A stretch of 64,000 bases of DNA from a virus. This document shows, piece after piece, positions 39,464-49,149 of this stretch (position 1 is its first letter; every line of letters starts with the position of its first letter). The notes below the pieces were generated by a model, which ran no database searches, had not been told where the DNA came from, and saw nothing but the letters and a program-made list of their open reading frames with translations. The stretch lies in the IMG/VR virus record IMGVR_UViG_3300035670_000038, positions 32,001-96,000 of that record; one strand, given 5' to 3'. Position numbers and translations under genes: made by a program.

Positions 39464-41725
39464 ATGCCGAGATACATTGACACCTACGAGCAAGAGACTC
39501 TTTCTACTCTGAACACCCGCACTGGTGTAAAGAAGAAGGACACTAACTATAGCTCGTACTGGTTGGATTTCGATGATGACCGATTTGGTTCATTCCACGA
39601 TAGTGAGGCGTTTGCATCGTCCGACCCAGAGCGGATTATCAAGTTGGCGTCCGTTCGTCGAGCTATCGCTAATTTCGTCCGTATCTTGACGAACAACGAT
39701 AAGATTGAGGTGGCGTTCTCATCTGGTAAGGATTCCTATACCGATGGACAGAAGGTAGTCATTGCCGCAGAGGATGATTCGAAGTATTTCGATTCGATGG
39801 TGGGACTCGCTCTGCATGAGGGGTCGCACTGTCTCCTTTCCGATTTTAATATCGGGAAGCACTTCCTTGCGAAGAATACGTGGTGGCAGGCTGTGACGGC
39901 ATTTAGTCCTGACCTCCGTAGTGTGATGCACCACAACTACTCCGATGACCGTAGTGATAATGGGTATATGAAAACCCGTAGTCAGGTCGAGGCGTTCCAG
40001 AAGATTTTGGGTACGCTGATGAACATTATTGAGGACCGCCGTATTGATAGTTTCGTCTATCAGAACGCGGGTGGGTATCGTCCGTACTATGACGCGATGT
40101 ATAGTAAGTATTTCTTTAATGATGATGTGACCAAGAATATGAAGTATAATCCCGATTGGCGGAAGCCGACTGTGGAAAACTATCTGACTTGGCTCATCCA
40201 TATCTTCCATCCCGATTTTGACCGCAATGCTCTTCCTGGTCTTTCGAAGATGGTGGATATGATTGACCTCCGAAACATTCGTCGGTTTGACTCCGACAAG
40301 CGGTTGCCGAATGATTATGCTAAGTGTGTAGTTTCTTCCCAGACTGCTCCGTGGACGGAGTATTATGCGAAGCATGGGACCAATCCGCATCAGTATTCTG
40401 AGTATAGTCGGTTTCCATATCTTCTTGATTACTCTTCTCTCCCGCAGTTGTGGCGAGTGGCGAACGATATTCTCTACACGATTATCCAGTATGTCGCCAA
40501 CTATGAGCAGGAGATGAAGCCGGAGAAGGGGGAGGGGGCCAAGACTATTCAGATTGATATGAATGGTGTTGGTTTCGATGTGGATGCTAATACGCTCCCC
40601 AACCTTGACCTAAATCAATCTACTATGACCTCTACTCCGAAGAAGTTTAATCCGAAAAAGGCGGAGGCGTGGAAGAAGAAGATTGAGCAGGTAATGAAGG
40701 GTGAAAATCGTCGAAAGAAGCTGAAGAATAATGAGAAGCAGGATATTCAGAATCTTGAAAATGCAGATGCTCAGTTGGTCGAGGCTGGTGATAATATCGT
40801 CGGGAAGTTCCCGTGTATGGTGACGCGGAAGCTGACCAAGCAGATTATGGAGTCCAGCGTGTTTCCGTTCACCTCGACGACCTGGGAGCAGAAGAACAAT
40901 ACATATTCTCTACGGAAGGATAAGAAGGCAGAAGAGGCTGTGGTGGCTGGTGTTCGTATGGGGCAGATTCTCGCCCATCGTCTGGCGGTTCGTAATGACC
41001 CGCAGATTACGCACTTCACTCGTCAAGAGCACGGGAAGATTGACCGCCGTATCCTATCGCAGTTGGGGATGGATATTGAGAATGTATTTAAGCGGACTAC
41101 TGTGGATAACTACAAGCCCGTTATGATTCATCTTTCTCTTGACGCTTCGGGTTCGATGGGTGGTAATAAGTGGTATAAGACGATGACTGTGGCTACGGCG
41201 TTGGCGTATGTGGCGAGTAAGATTAACAACGTCGAAGTGGTGATTACCATTCGTGGTGACCAGCAGATTCCGATTGTCGCGGTCATCTACGATAGTCGTA
41301 AAGACAACTTCCAGAAGGCACGGTCGTTGTTCCCGTATATCTCCCCGACTGGTTCGACTCCTGAGGGATTGTGTTTCTCCGCTACTCTTGACCTTATCAC
41401 GGAATGTTCTGGTGAGTATGATGTATATTTCATCAACTTCTCCGATGGTGAACCTGGGACTTCGGTTCGTCGTGGAAATGATTACAAGTCATATAGTGGG
41501 ACTCAGGCGTATGACCACACTCGTCGGCAGGTCAAGGCGATGAAGGAAGCTGGGGTGAAGGTGTTGTCGTACTTCATTTCAGATTACGAAGTGGAACGTA
41601 TTCAGTATCACTCCGCGTACTCTCCTTTCAAGAAGATGTATGGTGAAGATGCGGTGTTCGTCAACGTGAAGAACGTAACTGAGGTTCTTCGCACTCTCAA
41701 TAAACTCCTAATTAAAAAGGTGTAA
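39464..41725 (+). CDS. VWA-domain protein with N-terminal HExxH region (CobT-like MoxR partner)
   Basis: ALHEGSH, N.IEDRRID, LDASGSM MIDAS, TPEG, FSDGEP. Confidence 0.85.
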   Translation: MPRYIDTYEQETLSTLNTRTGVKKKDTNYSSYWLDFDDDRFGSFHDSEAFASSDPERIIKLASVRRAIANFVRILTNNDKIEVAFSSGKDSYTDGQKVVIAAEDDSKYFDSMVGLALHEGSHCLLSDFNIGKHFLAKNTWWQAVTAFSPDLRSVMHHNYSDDRSDNGYMKTRSQVEAFQKILGTLMNIIEDRRIDSFVYQNAGGYRPYYDAMYSKYFFNDDVTKNMKYNPDWRKPTVENYLTWLIHIFHPDFDRNALPGLSKMVDMIDLRNIRRFDSDKRLPNDYAKCVVSSQTAPWTEYYAKHGTNPHQYSEYSRFPYLLDYSSLPQLWRVANDILYTIIQYVANYEQEMKPEKGEGAKTIQIDMNGVGFDVDANTLPNLDLNQSTMTSTPKKFNPKKAEAWKKKIEQVMKGENRRKKLKNNEKQDIQNLENADAQLVEAGDNIVGKFPCMVTRKLTKQIMESSVFPFTSTTWEQKNNTYSLRKDKKAEEAVVAGVRMGQILAHRLAVRNDPQITHFTRQEHGKIDRRILSQLGMDIENVFKRTTVDNYKPVMIHLSLDASGSMGGNKWYKTMTVATALAYVASKINNVEVVITIRGDQQIPIVAVIYDSRKDNFQKARSLFPYISPTGSTPEGLCFSATLDLITECSGEYDVYFINFSDGEPGTSVRRGNDYKSYSGTQAYDHTRRQVKAMKEAGVKVLSYFISDYEVERIQYHSAYSPFKKMYGEDAVFVNVKNVTEVLRTLNKLLIKKV

Positions 41726-41726
41726 A

Positions 41727-42557
41727 ATGAAAAAGATTATAATGGTTTTTTCACTTCTCACGATGGTCGCTTGTAAGGAAGTGGTTTATCTTACTGGCCC
41801 AACCGTCACCAAGACAGATACACTTGTAGTTTCTGGTGGACTGCAAAATGTGAATATTCGTATTGATTGGGCAAAGTTCAATAAGACGAATATTAGTAAA
41901 CTCACTAGTGAACTTATGGCAAATGCGGTATCCGATAGTGGTTTGAGGATTACGCATGTTGGAGCACGTCTTGTGTATCCCAACAACAATGCTTCCTTCT
42001 CACAGTCTGCCGCTCGTGACACTACCAATACTCGTTTAATTACGATGCAGGTTCCTCCTACCGACACCGCACATCTGTATGTTCTCGCGGTCTTTGATTC
42101 TGGGAGTGTTCGTAAGGCACTTAAAATGGGTGTAAAGCGTAATATTAGTATTCCTGCAAACGGGTCGGTTCTCTTTACTCTGGATTCGTTGACGTTACTG
42201 GATACTGAGTGGACTATTGATTCTATTGCGGACAGTACCCTTCGTATGGTCAACGATACGATTCGTGTGACTTTATCAGATACACTCAGTACTGGAAATG
42301 TTCGAGTTCGTGTAACTGACCCTTATCAGATTGGTACGCAGTTTATCGCATATTCTAATCGTATCGTGAAGTTTTATGGGTCTGGATTTGAGTATGGTAA
42401 TACCGATGGCTGGCGAAAGTTTGGTATTGTAACAAACAATCGTGACACCGCAACGTCTACAGATACATTCTGGCCTTACATTGATGGTGTATTCTTTAAT
42501 CTAAATGGTGAATATCTTGTCGGTAAGAAAGGTATTATTAAAACTACTTGGCAATAA
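41727..42557 (+). CDS. putative lipoprotein
   Basis: MKK plus hydrophobic stretch plus MVAC lipobox; beta-rich. Confidence 0.6.
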   Translation: MKKIIMVFSLLTMVACKEVVYLTGPTVTKTDTLVVSGGLQNVNIRIDWAKFNKTNISKLTSELMANAVSDSGLRITHVGARLVYPNNNASFSQSAARDTTNTRLITMQVPPTDTAHLYVLAVFDSGSVRKALKMGVKRNISIPANGSVLFTLDSLTLLDTEWTIDSIADSTLRMVNDTIRVTLSDTLSTGNVRVRVTDPYQIGTQFIAYSNRIVKFYGSGFEYGNTDGWRKFGIVTNNRDTATSTDTFWPYIDGVFFNLNGEYLVGKKGIIKTTWQ

Positions 42558-43927
42558 TGAAAGATATACGGCGTGGATTACCTTCTGTTGGTAAACTGAT
42601 AGAGAAACAGGTAATTCGTGATATGATGATGTCCTCTCCGCGTTCATTAGTTATGGACGCGGTTAGGGCTGCCGTTGATGATGTACGATTGAATCCCGAT
42701 ATGATTCCCGACACGGATGAAAGTTGGGGAAATCTTGTACAAAAATATCTTGATAAGATGATGACTCGTTCACTTCGCACTGTCATCAATGCTACTGGTG
42801 TCATCGTACATACTAACTTAGGTAGAGCACCACTTGCAATACCAGCAATCAATGCAATACGAGACATCGCATATGATTTCTCTAATCTGGAATATGATAT
42901 TGAGAATGGTGTTCGAGGTTCACGACATACACATTGTGCCAAACTCTTATGTAAACTAACAGGTGCAGAAGATGCCATCGTGGTAAACAACTGTGCCGCA
43001 GCACTGGTACTCACTCTCAATACCTTATCACAGAATAAAGAAGCAATCATATCCAGAGGAGAACTGGTGGAGATTGGTGGTAGTTTCCGTGTTCCCGATA
43101 TTATGGCTCGGAGTAATGCACAATTGGTGGAAGTCGGAACCACGAATAGAACACATCTCAAAGATTATGAAAATGCTATTACACCAAATACAGGTGCAAT
43201 CTTATCGGTGCATAGAAGTAACTTTGTACAAAAAGGATTTGTATCATCTGTTCTTCCCGATGAACTGGTGTTATTATCGGAGAAATATAATATCCCACTC
43301 ATTCACGATTTCGGTAGTGGATTGATGGTTGACCTATCAGAATGGGGATTGTATGGTGAACCAACGGCAACAGATGCAGTCCGTGATGGTGCATCGGTGG
43401 TGATGATGAGTGGAGATAAATTATTAGGTGGACCCCAGGCAGGTATTATTTTGGGGAAGAAATCTATAATTAAAATGTTAAAGGAAAATCCATTGGCACG
43501 GGCATTTCGTGTAGATAAACTAACTCTCGCAGCATTGGAAGCAACATTAGAATTGTATTATGATAAAGATATAGCAGTGAATGAAATACCAGTTCTCAGA
43601 ATGATTACGATGTCTCCTTACGAATTACATACCCGTGCTGCTAACATAGTTGACAAACTGGTAGAGATGGGTTATAATGTAAATGTGGTTGATTCGGAGG
43701 CTACGATTGGTGGGGGAGCATTTCCTGACTCTAAAATAGACTCTATCGCAATTAGTATAAATGACATAAATCCAAATGAGGTAGATAAGAAGCTACGAGC
43801 ACTTGGAACACCTATTGTTGGTCGTATAGTAGATAATACATTATTATTAGATATGCGAACAGTTCCAGCAATATACGATGATATATTATACAGTAGTTTA
43901 ACCGAAGTATTAACCCTTGACAAATAA
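42557..43927 (+). CDS. selA: L-seryl-tRNA(Sec) selenium transferase (selenocysteine synthase)
   Basis: LPSV, VINATGVIVHTNLGRAPL, NLEYD...G.RGSR, VNNCAAA, SRGELVEIGGSFRVPD, EVGTTNRTH, VHRSNF, DFGSG, SGDKLLGGPQAG (PLP Lys), RAFRVDK, LDMRT. Confidence 0.97.
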   Translation: MKDIRRGLPSVGKLIEKQVIRDMMMSSPRSLVMDAVRAAVDDVRLNPDMIPDTDESWGNLVQKYLDKMMTRSLRTVINATGVIVHTNLGRAPLAIPAINAIRDIAYDFSNLEYDIENGVRGSRHTHCAKLLCKLTGAEDAIVVNNCAAALVLTLNTLSQNKEAIISRGELVEIGGSFRVPDIMARSNAQLVEVGTTNRTHLKDYENAITPNTGAILSVHRSNFVQKGFVSSVLPDELVLLSEKYNIPLIHDFGSGLMVDLSEWGLYGEPTATDAVRDGASVVMMSGDKLLGGPQAGIILGKKSIIKMLKENPLARAFRVDKLTLAALEATLELYYDKDIAVNEIPVLRMITMSPYELHTRAANIVDKLVEMGYNVNVVDSEATIGGGAFPDSKIDSIAISINDINPNEVDKKLRALGTPIVGRIVDNTLLLDMRTVPAIYDDILYSSLTEVLTLDK

Positions 43928-43945
43928 CTTATGAACGATTATATT
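43917..43945 (+). promoter_or_regulatory. sigma70-like promoter TTGACA-17-TATATT
   Basis: ttgaca aataacttatgaacgat tatatt. Confidence 0.6.
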
Positions 43946-44051
43946 CTATATCTAAGCTTGATGGTGATTGGTGGAGCAATCTGGAATATTAGAAATTATG
44001 TTAAGTATCTGGAAACTAAGAACGCAATACTACTTCAAATGCTAATGGAGA

Positions 44052-44348
44052 ATGGTTATGACGCTGACTTGGCCCTACGGACCAGAAACGCTGACTCAAC
44101 ATCTGAATAGATTTTCCAAGTATCTCCACCGCAAAAGAAAGTTTGATATTCCTAATCTGTCTGTGATGACTTATAATATGTACCTTCACTACAAGACGGA
44201 AACTGGTGTACACATTGAACTGTATGAAGATTTGGCTCGTCCGTTAAAGAATAAAGTTCACTTATGGAGCTTAGGACAATTGCAAGATGTAGCGCAATTC
44301 CTAGCTAACAAGATACAAGTTCATCTTGGCGTGACAGCCGAACAATAA
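44052..44348 (+). CDS. hypothetical protein
   Basis: GGAG RBS; 98 aa. Confidence 0.55.
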   Translation: MVMTLTWPYGPETLTQHLNRFSKYLHRKRKFDIPNLSVMTYNMYLHYKTETGVHIELYEDLARPLKNKVHLWSLGQLQDVAQFLANKIQVHLGVTAEQ

Positions 44349-44349
44349 G

Positions 44350-44378
44350 AAACCCACCATTCGGTGGGTTTTTTATTA
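44350..44378. terminator. intrinsic terminator between convergent genes
   Basis: aaacccacc-attc-ggtgggttt followed by a T-tract. Confidence 0.8.
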
Positions 44379-44999
44379 TTACTTAATTGGTAATCCAGTT
44401 AATCGTCGTACACTATCCAACGGCACCTTGTGCATCTCAAATGATTTACTACGTTCTGGAACATTTGGAAACACATACGATTCTACTTGGTCCTTGTAAC
44501 GGAGTACTTTCCAGCAGTGCGTTGGAACAGCAACTCTCTTGATTCGTGATACTTCACCCACACATCCCGCTTGAACAAATACAGAATCATTTTCTACAGC
44601 AAGAACACGAGTCCACTCTTCCAAGTTCTTCCACTGCCCACGATTAAGTCCTGGATATTGTGGTGCCATATTTGTGAAATAGAAACTTTCTGCCATATGA
44701 ACGTCATTACAACGTGCGTCTGCTGCTGGGGAAATGTGTCCTCTGTCAAATCCAGACTTTACATAATCTTCGTCAATATCACTTTCCTTACGAACTTGTG
44801 GGTCTGGAAGAAATTTATCGGTTCTCTTTGCGGGGGTCTTACATTCTAATTCACCACGGGTCGTTCCCCATTCTACTAAGATAGGATAGTGCAGTGACTT
44901 AGAAAACACAGAGATATAATTCTTATGAACGACACGAATTGTATCTTGTGCAGTCAAAGGTGAAACAAATAATACCAACAATAATAAAATCTTTTTCAT
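44379..44999 (-). CDS. secreted DNA/RNA non-specific endonuclease (NucA/EndA-type)
   Basis: signal peptide; GFDRGH, ESFYFTNMAPQ, LNRG.W..LE, VPTHCWKV. Confidence 0.9.
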   Translation of the reverse strand: MKKILLLLVLFVSPLTAQDTIRVVHKNYISVFSKSLHYPILVEWGTTRGELECKTPAKRTDKFLPDPQVRKESDIDEDYVKSGFDRGHISPAADARCNDVHMAESFYFTNMAPQYPGLNRGQWKNLEEWTRVLAVENDSVFVQAGCVGEVSRIKRVAVPTHCWKVLRYKDQVESYVFPNVPERSKSFEMHKVPLDSVRRLTGLPIK

Positions 45000-45021
45000 A
45001 CTGTCTCCAAAAAGGTCATTC

Positions 45022-45045
45022 ATAAATAGTTTCCTCACTATTTAT
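45022..45045. promoter_or_regulatory. divergent pair of ACTATTTAT motifs (putative late promoters)
   Basis: ATAAATAGT-ttcctc-ACTATTTAT between divergent genes; motif also at 13362, 33505 and 37212. Confidence 0.55.
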
Positions 45046-45069
45046 AGATTGGATATTTCCGGAGGATTC

Positions 45070-46437
45070 ATGTCTCAGTATAAACTGGATATAATACCAA
45101 GTCAACTCTCTGATGCATTGGTAAACATCAACCAACATGGTAAAGATGGTTGGGAGTTCATACACTTATATAATAATATGGGTGTGTTTAAAGCAGCAGC
45201 CGCAGGGTCGATAACCAGCGGTTCTTTGAACCCAACCGCGGACGCATTTGGTCGTAATCGTGTATCCGAACAATTCACACTAGGTGACTACAAACATATC
45301 TATGGAAATATTGCGGATACCTTCATCAATAAGTTAACTGGTGACGGAGATGTTTCATATAATATAAACGAGGCATCGGTTACCTTATCTGCTACCAATA
45401 GTGGAAGTTCTGCAATTCACCAAACCAAAATGTATCATCATTATATGCCTGGCAAGAGTCAGTTCATTCTTTCCAGTTTTGTGTTTGGTGCACCAGTAAA
45501 TGGATCCACAAAACGTACTGGATACTTTGATGACCATAACGGTATCTTCCTCGAACAAGATGCTACGGGAAGTTTACAATTTGTTATCCGTTCCGCAACT
45601 AACGGTACTGGGTCTATCGTAGAAAATAGAGTCAAACAAGAAAATTGGAATGTCAATACATTGTCAAGTGGTGATTTTACTCTTGATGTCACTAAATCCG
45701 CATTACTATATATTGATTTCCAATGGTTAGCGGTTGGTCGTGTTCGTATGGGATTTATTCATAAGGGCATTGGAGTTATTTGTCACGTATTTGACCACAC
45801 GAATTTGACCGATGTGGCATATATGCAAAACCCAAATCTTCCAGTTCGATGTGAAATTATAAATTCTACAACTGTCGCATCGTCGATGGATCAAATTTGT
45901 TCTACGGTAGTGAGTGAAGGTGGATATAACGAAGCGGGTCGTGCGTTCTCTATTTCCAATGACAGTTTCCGCTCACTTACGAGTGGGTCAACTTTACCAA
46001 TCCTCGCAATCAGATTAAAAAATTCTGTGAATGGGCTACCAAATCGTGCATTCGTTCGTTTACAAGAAGCAAGTGTATTCACTGACCAACAAAGTATTCG
46101 ATTCCTATTAAGTAAGTTACCTAGTGGGTCAATGTTAACCACAGCAAGTGCATGGGTGTCGGTGAATAACAATAATTCTTTGGTAGAATACAATACAAGT
46201 GCTACTGGATACACCGATGGAACTGTGTTACTCTCTGGATTCGTTGGGGCAAATTCTTTAAACCCAACACAAGCAAATCCACTAAGTACTACTAGAGGTG
46301 GAGTAGATAATAAGCAAAACTTCATTACACAAAATTATGATAGTACAGATAGTGAAATATATGTGTTAATTGCAAAGAACATGACCGCTAGTACAACAAA
46401 TGTTGGTGGATCGTTATTGTGGTCAGAAATTTATTAA
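45070..46437 (+). CDS. putative virion structural protein
   Basis: DAFGR.RVS, Y.PGKS, DFQWL.VG.VR.G, NLPVRCEI; S/T/G-rich. Confidence 0.6.
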   Translation: MSQYKLDIIPSQLSDALVNINQHGKDGWEFIHLYNNMGVFKAAAAGSITSGSLNPTADAFGRNRVSEQFTLGDYKHIYGNIADTFINKLTGDGDVSYNINEASVTLSATNSGSSAIHQTKMYHHYMPGKSQFILSSFVFGAPVNGSTKRTGYFDDHNGIFLEQDATGSLQFVIRSATNGTGSIVENRVKQENWNVNTLSSGDFTLDVTKSALLYIDFQWLAVGRVRMGFIHKGIGVICHVFDHTNLTDVAYMQNPNLPVRCEIINSTTVASSMDQICSTVVSEGGYNEAGRAFSISNDSFRSLTSGSTLPILAIRLKNSVNGLPNRAFVRLQEASVFTDQQSIRFLLSKLPSGSMLTTASAWVSVNNNNSLVEYNTSATGYTDGTVLLSGFVGANSLNPTQANPLSTTRGGVDNKQNFITQNYDSTDSEIYVLIAKNMTASTTNVGGSLLWSEIY

Positions 46438-46440
46438 CAT

Positions 46441-47091
46441 ATGCCATTATCATTAACTAATCAAAATGATGCAGGTAGTTTCGGTTTAACTGGAACAACA
46501 GGTAGATTCGCTGCTTCGGTCACAGTTGTGGCGGATAGTATTCGTGCATTCTTAACTGGCAGTTCTTCATCCTCATACGATGCTGCAGCAGTCAACACGT
46601 GGGTAAAGGTGACCCAAGCAGAATATAATAGTGTTGCTGCAAGATTGTCCTCCGTTACAAAGGTTGGTGCAACAGACTTACAGGTTAACACTAGACTTAT
46701 CGCAACAGGATATAACCTTTCACAAACAAACGATTTTACCATACCATCCGACACATACATTTTTGGTATGATAATTGAACCATGGAATACTAATAGTTCT
46801 GGTAGTGTTGGGTATACCACTACCGTTACTGGTAGTATCAGCGATTACAATACTTACTTTGGTAATAATTTCGTAGGATTAATTGGTGGTGGTCGTAATT
46901 ATTTTATTCTTAAAAAACCAACCACAGCTACAACATCTACTGTGTATCCATTCGTAACGATGAGTGCTTCTCCAAATGGTATGAATTATGAAGGATGGGG
47001 TTGGACTGGAACGATTTGGCAATATACCACCGCGGCTTCTAACACGATGGCTAAATTCCAATTACTCACCACAACAAATAAACAGTGGTAA
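46441..47091 (+). CDS. Thr/Ser-rich putative structural protein
   Basis: T/S/G-rich beta composition; follows a structural-like gene. Confidence 0.5.
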   Translation: MPLSLTNQNDAGSFGLTGTTGRFAASVTVVADSIRAFLTGSSSSSYDAAAVNTWVKVTQAEYNSVAARLSSVTKVGATDLQVNTRLIATGYNLSQTNDFTIPSDTYIFGMIIEPWNTNSSGSVGYTTTVTGSISDYNTYFGNNFVGLIGGGRNYFILKKPTTATTSTVYPFVTMSASPNGMNYEGWGWTGTIWQYTTAASNTMAKFQLLTTTNKQW

Positions 47092-47114
47092 TAAATAGTA
47101 TTTAATATAATACA

Positions 47115-47173
47115 ATTCTTAATGAAATCTTAATGTACGGGGACTTGTCTTAGGCAGGTTCCCGTATTATATT
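47115..47173 (+). promoter_or_regulatory. duplicated promoter element, copy 2 (TTGTCT-17-TATATT)
   Basis: near-identical to 39377-39432. Confidence 0.8.
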
Positions 47174-47214
47174 TCTAGAGTAATGAAGTCCACACACTCT
47201 CTCTATGAGGCACT

Positions 47215-48381
47215 ATGACTACTCTGGTAAAGGTTCTCGACAACTTCACTGCGATTGACCACAACGGCAACGACATCACGGATGAGATTCCGTTCACCGC
47301 TCGTAAGCGTGCATACACGAATGGTGTCGCCCTTCGTATGGTGGCGACTAAGACGGGTAAGACGCAGTGGCGTGATACGGACCTCGCGGATTTCGAGGCG
47401 CTCCGTAAGACGGCGGTTCCTACGAAGCCAATTGAGAATGTGAAGAATGAGCTGGAGAATGATGTGGTGGAGTTCTTGAAGGATTGTGAGAAGGTCAAGC
47501 CCGCACATCTTATTATGGATTCGCTGAAGTGGCGTTATCTGATGCGGTCAGTCCTTCGTGGCAAGAATATTATGATGACTGGTCCTTCGGGTTGTGGTAA
47601 GACCCTCGCTGCGCAGACCGTGGCTAAGGTTCTTGATGGTCGGCAGTTCTTCTACTTTAACGTTGGTGCAACCCAAGACCCGCGTTCTACTCTTATCGGA
47701 AATACCCATTACAGCAAGGACAAGGGTACCTTCGTAGCGGAGGCTCTGTTCGTCAAGGCGATTCAGACTCCGAACGCTATCGTTCTCCTTGACGAGCTGA
47801 CCCGTGGACACGCCGATGCGTGGAATATTCTGATGACGGTCCTCGACGAGAACCAGCGGTATCTTCGTATTGACGAGATGCCCGATACTCCGACGATTAA
47901 GGTGGCAAAGGGTGTGACCTTTATCGCTACGGCAAACATCGGTGCCGAGTATACCGCCACCCGCGTCCTCGACCGCGCGATGATGGACCGATTCGCTTCG
48001 GTGGTCGAGATGGAACCGCTGGGTAAGGATGATGAGGTCAAGCTTCTTACGATGACGTATCCTGAGGTGTCGGCACATAATCTGTCCGCTATCGCTGAGA
48101 TTGCAGACCACACTCGTACTCAGGTTCGTAGTGATGACCCGAAGGTGACTACCTCTATCTCATCCCGTATGACTGTCGAGATGGCTGGTCTGTTGAATGA
48201 CGGGTTCAATCTCGCAGAGGCGGCTGAGGCGTGTATCTATCCCTTCTTCTCTCCCGCTGGTGGTAATGACTCTGAGCGGACGTATATGAGGCAGTTGGTA
48301 CAGAAGTTCTTCTCCACGGATTCGAATGGAACCCAGGCGCCGTGGGAGAATATCGCTAAGGACGAGAACACTCCGTTCTAA
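47215..48381 (+). CDS. MoxR/CbbQ/CobS-like AAA+ ATPase
   Basis: GPSGCGKT, LLDELTR, ATANIG, LDRAMMDRF, S.R. Confidence 0.9.
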   Translation: MTTLVKVLDNFTAIDHNGNDITDEIPFTARKRAYTNGVALRMVATKTGKTQWRDTDLADFEALRKTAVPTKPIENVKNELENDVVEFLKDCEKVKPAHLIMDSLKWRYLMRSVLRGKNIMMTGPSGCGKTLAAQTVAKVLDGRQFFYFNVGATQDPRSTLIGNTHYSKDKGTFVAEALFVKAIQTPNAIVLLDELTRGHADAWNILMTVLDENQRYLRIDEMPDTPTIKVAKGVTFIATANIGAEYTATRVLDRAMMDRFASVVEMEPLGKDDEVKLLTMTYPEVSAHNLSAIAEIADHTRTQVRSDDPKVTTSISSRMTVEMAGLLNDGFNLAEAAEACIYPFFSPAGGNDSERTYMRQLVQKFFSTDSNGTQAPWENIAKDENTPF

Positions 48382-48551
48382 TGTGTAATTGCAAGAGATA
48401 CGACCCAGAGGGTGAACGTGATAGTGGGTACGCCTGTTACTATTGTAACGGGCGTATTCCCGTTCGTTCTATTCACCAAGAAAATGTAAATGGTAAAATC
48501 TTTTATTTCTGTTCTTCCGACTGTGCGCATCTGTGGTCAAGTATAGAGTAA
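48381..48551 (+). CDS. small TRASH/YHS-like zinc-binding protein
   Basis: 56 aa: MCNC...CYYC...NGKIFYFCSSDC. Confidence 0.55.
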   Translation: MCNCKRYDPEGERDSGYACYYCNGRIPVRSIHQENVNGKIFYFCSSDCAHLWSSIE

Positions 48552-48585
48552 ATGATATGTATAGAAGTACCCACTAAGAGGTTTT

Positions 48586-49149
48586 ATGAATCCACGATAT
48601 AATGTGATTATCCCAAAAATAATAAAAGAGAAAGTTCTTGATTTCGCTATGAATTCTGGACTATCTTATTTTAATATAAACGCGGACCCTCGTAAGGAAG
48701 CAGAGAAGGGGAAGCGTAGATTTGCTATGCTTACAGAGTATCCCGAATTGGAAATATCACAAATGGTAGATGCGTTCAAAGAAATCGCATACGAAGAAAT
48801 TGGTATTGCAGAAATTCTACCCGAACCACAATTCGGTAATTTTATTGGTGTAAATTTAGAAGGTGGAAGTGTGCATGAACACCAAGATGCTCGTGATGAA
48901 AATAATAATGTTCATCTCCGTTTTAATTTTATGATTCAGAAACCAGATATTGGTGGTAATCCTATCATTAATGGAAAAGAATATTGGATTGATGAGGATA
49001 CGTGTTGGATGAACTACGCATCGGAATGGAAACATGGGTCAACACCTGTGGCGGGTTCACGTGCACGTGTGGTATTGAGTATGGGTGCATGTGTACCTGA
49101 ACATATTGTACGAGAAAAGATTTCCAAAAAAATTGGATGGGAGGCATAA
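48586..49149 (+). CDS. 2OG-Fe(II) oxygenase
   Basis: VHEHQD (HxD), HGSTPV.G...RVVLS. Confidence 0.8.
   Translation: MNPRYNVIIPKIIKEKVLDFAMNSGLSYFNINADPRKEAEKGKRRFAMLTEYPELEISQMVDAFKEIAYEEIGIAEILPEPQFGNFIGVNLEGGSVHEHQDARDENNNVHLRFNFMIQKPDIGGNPIINGKEYWIDEDTCWMNYASEWKHGSTPVAGSRARVVLSMGACVPEHIVREKISKKIGWEA

Noticed and set aside
39719-48113. Long antisense ORFs (e.g. 39719-40390, 42544-43161, 47548-48111)
   Set aside because: They are shadows of well-supported genes on the opposite strand, with no motifs or RBS.
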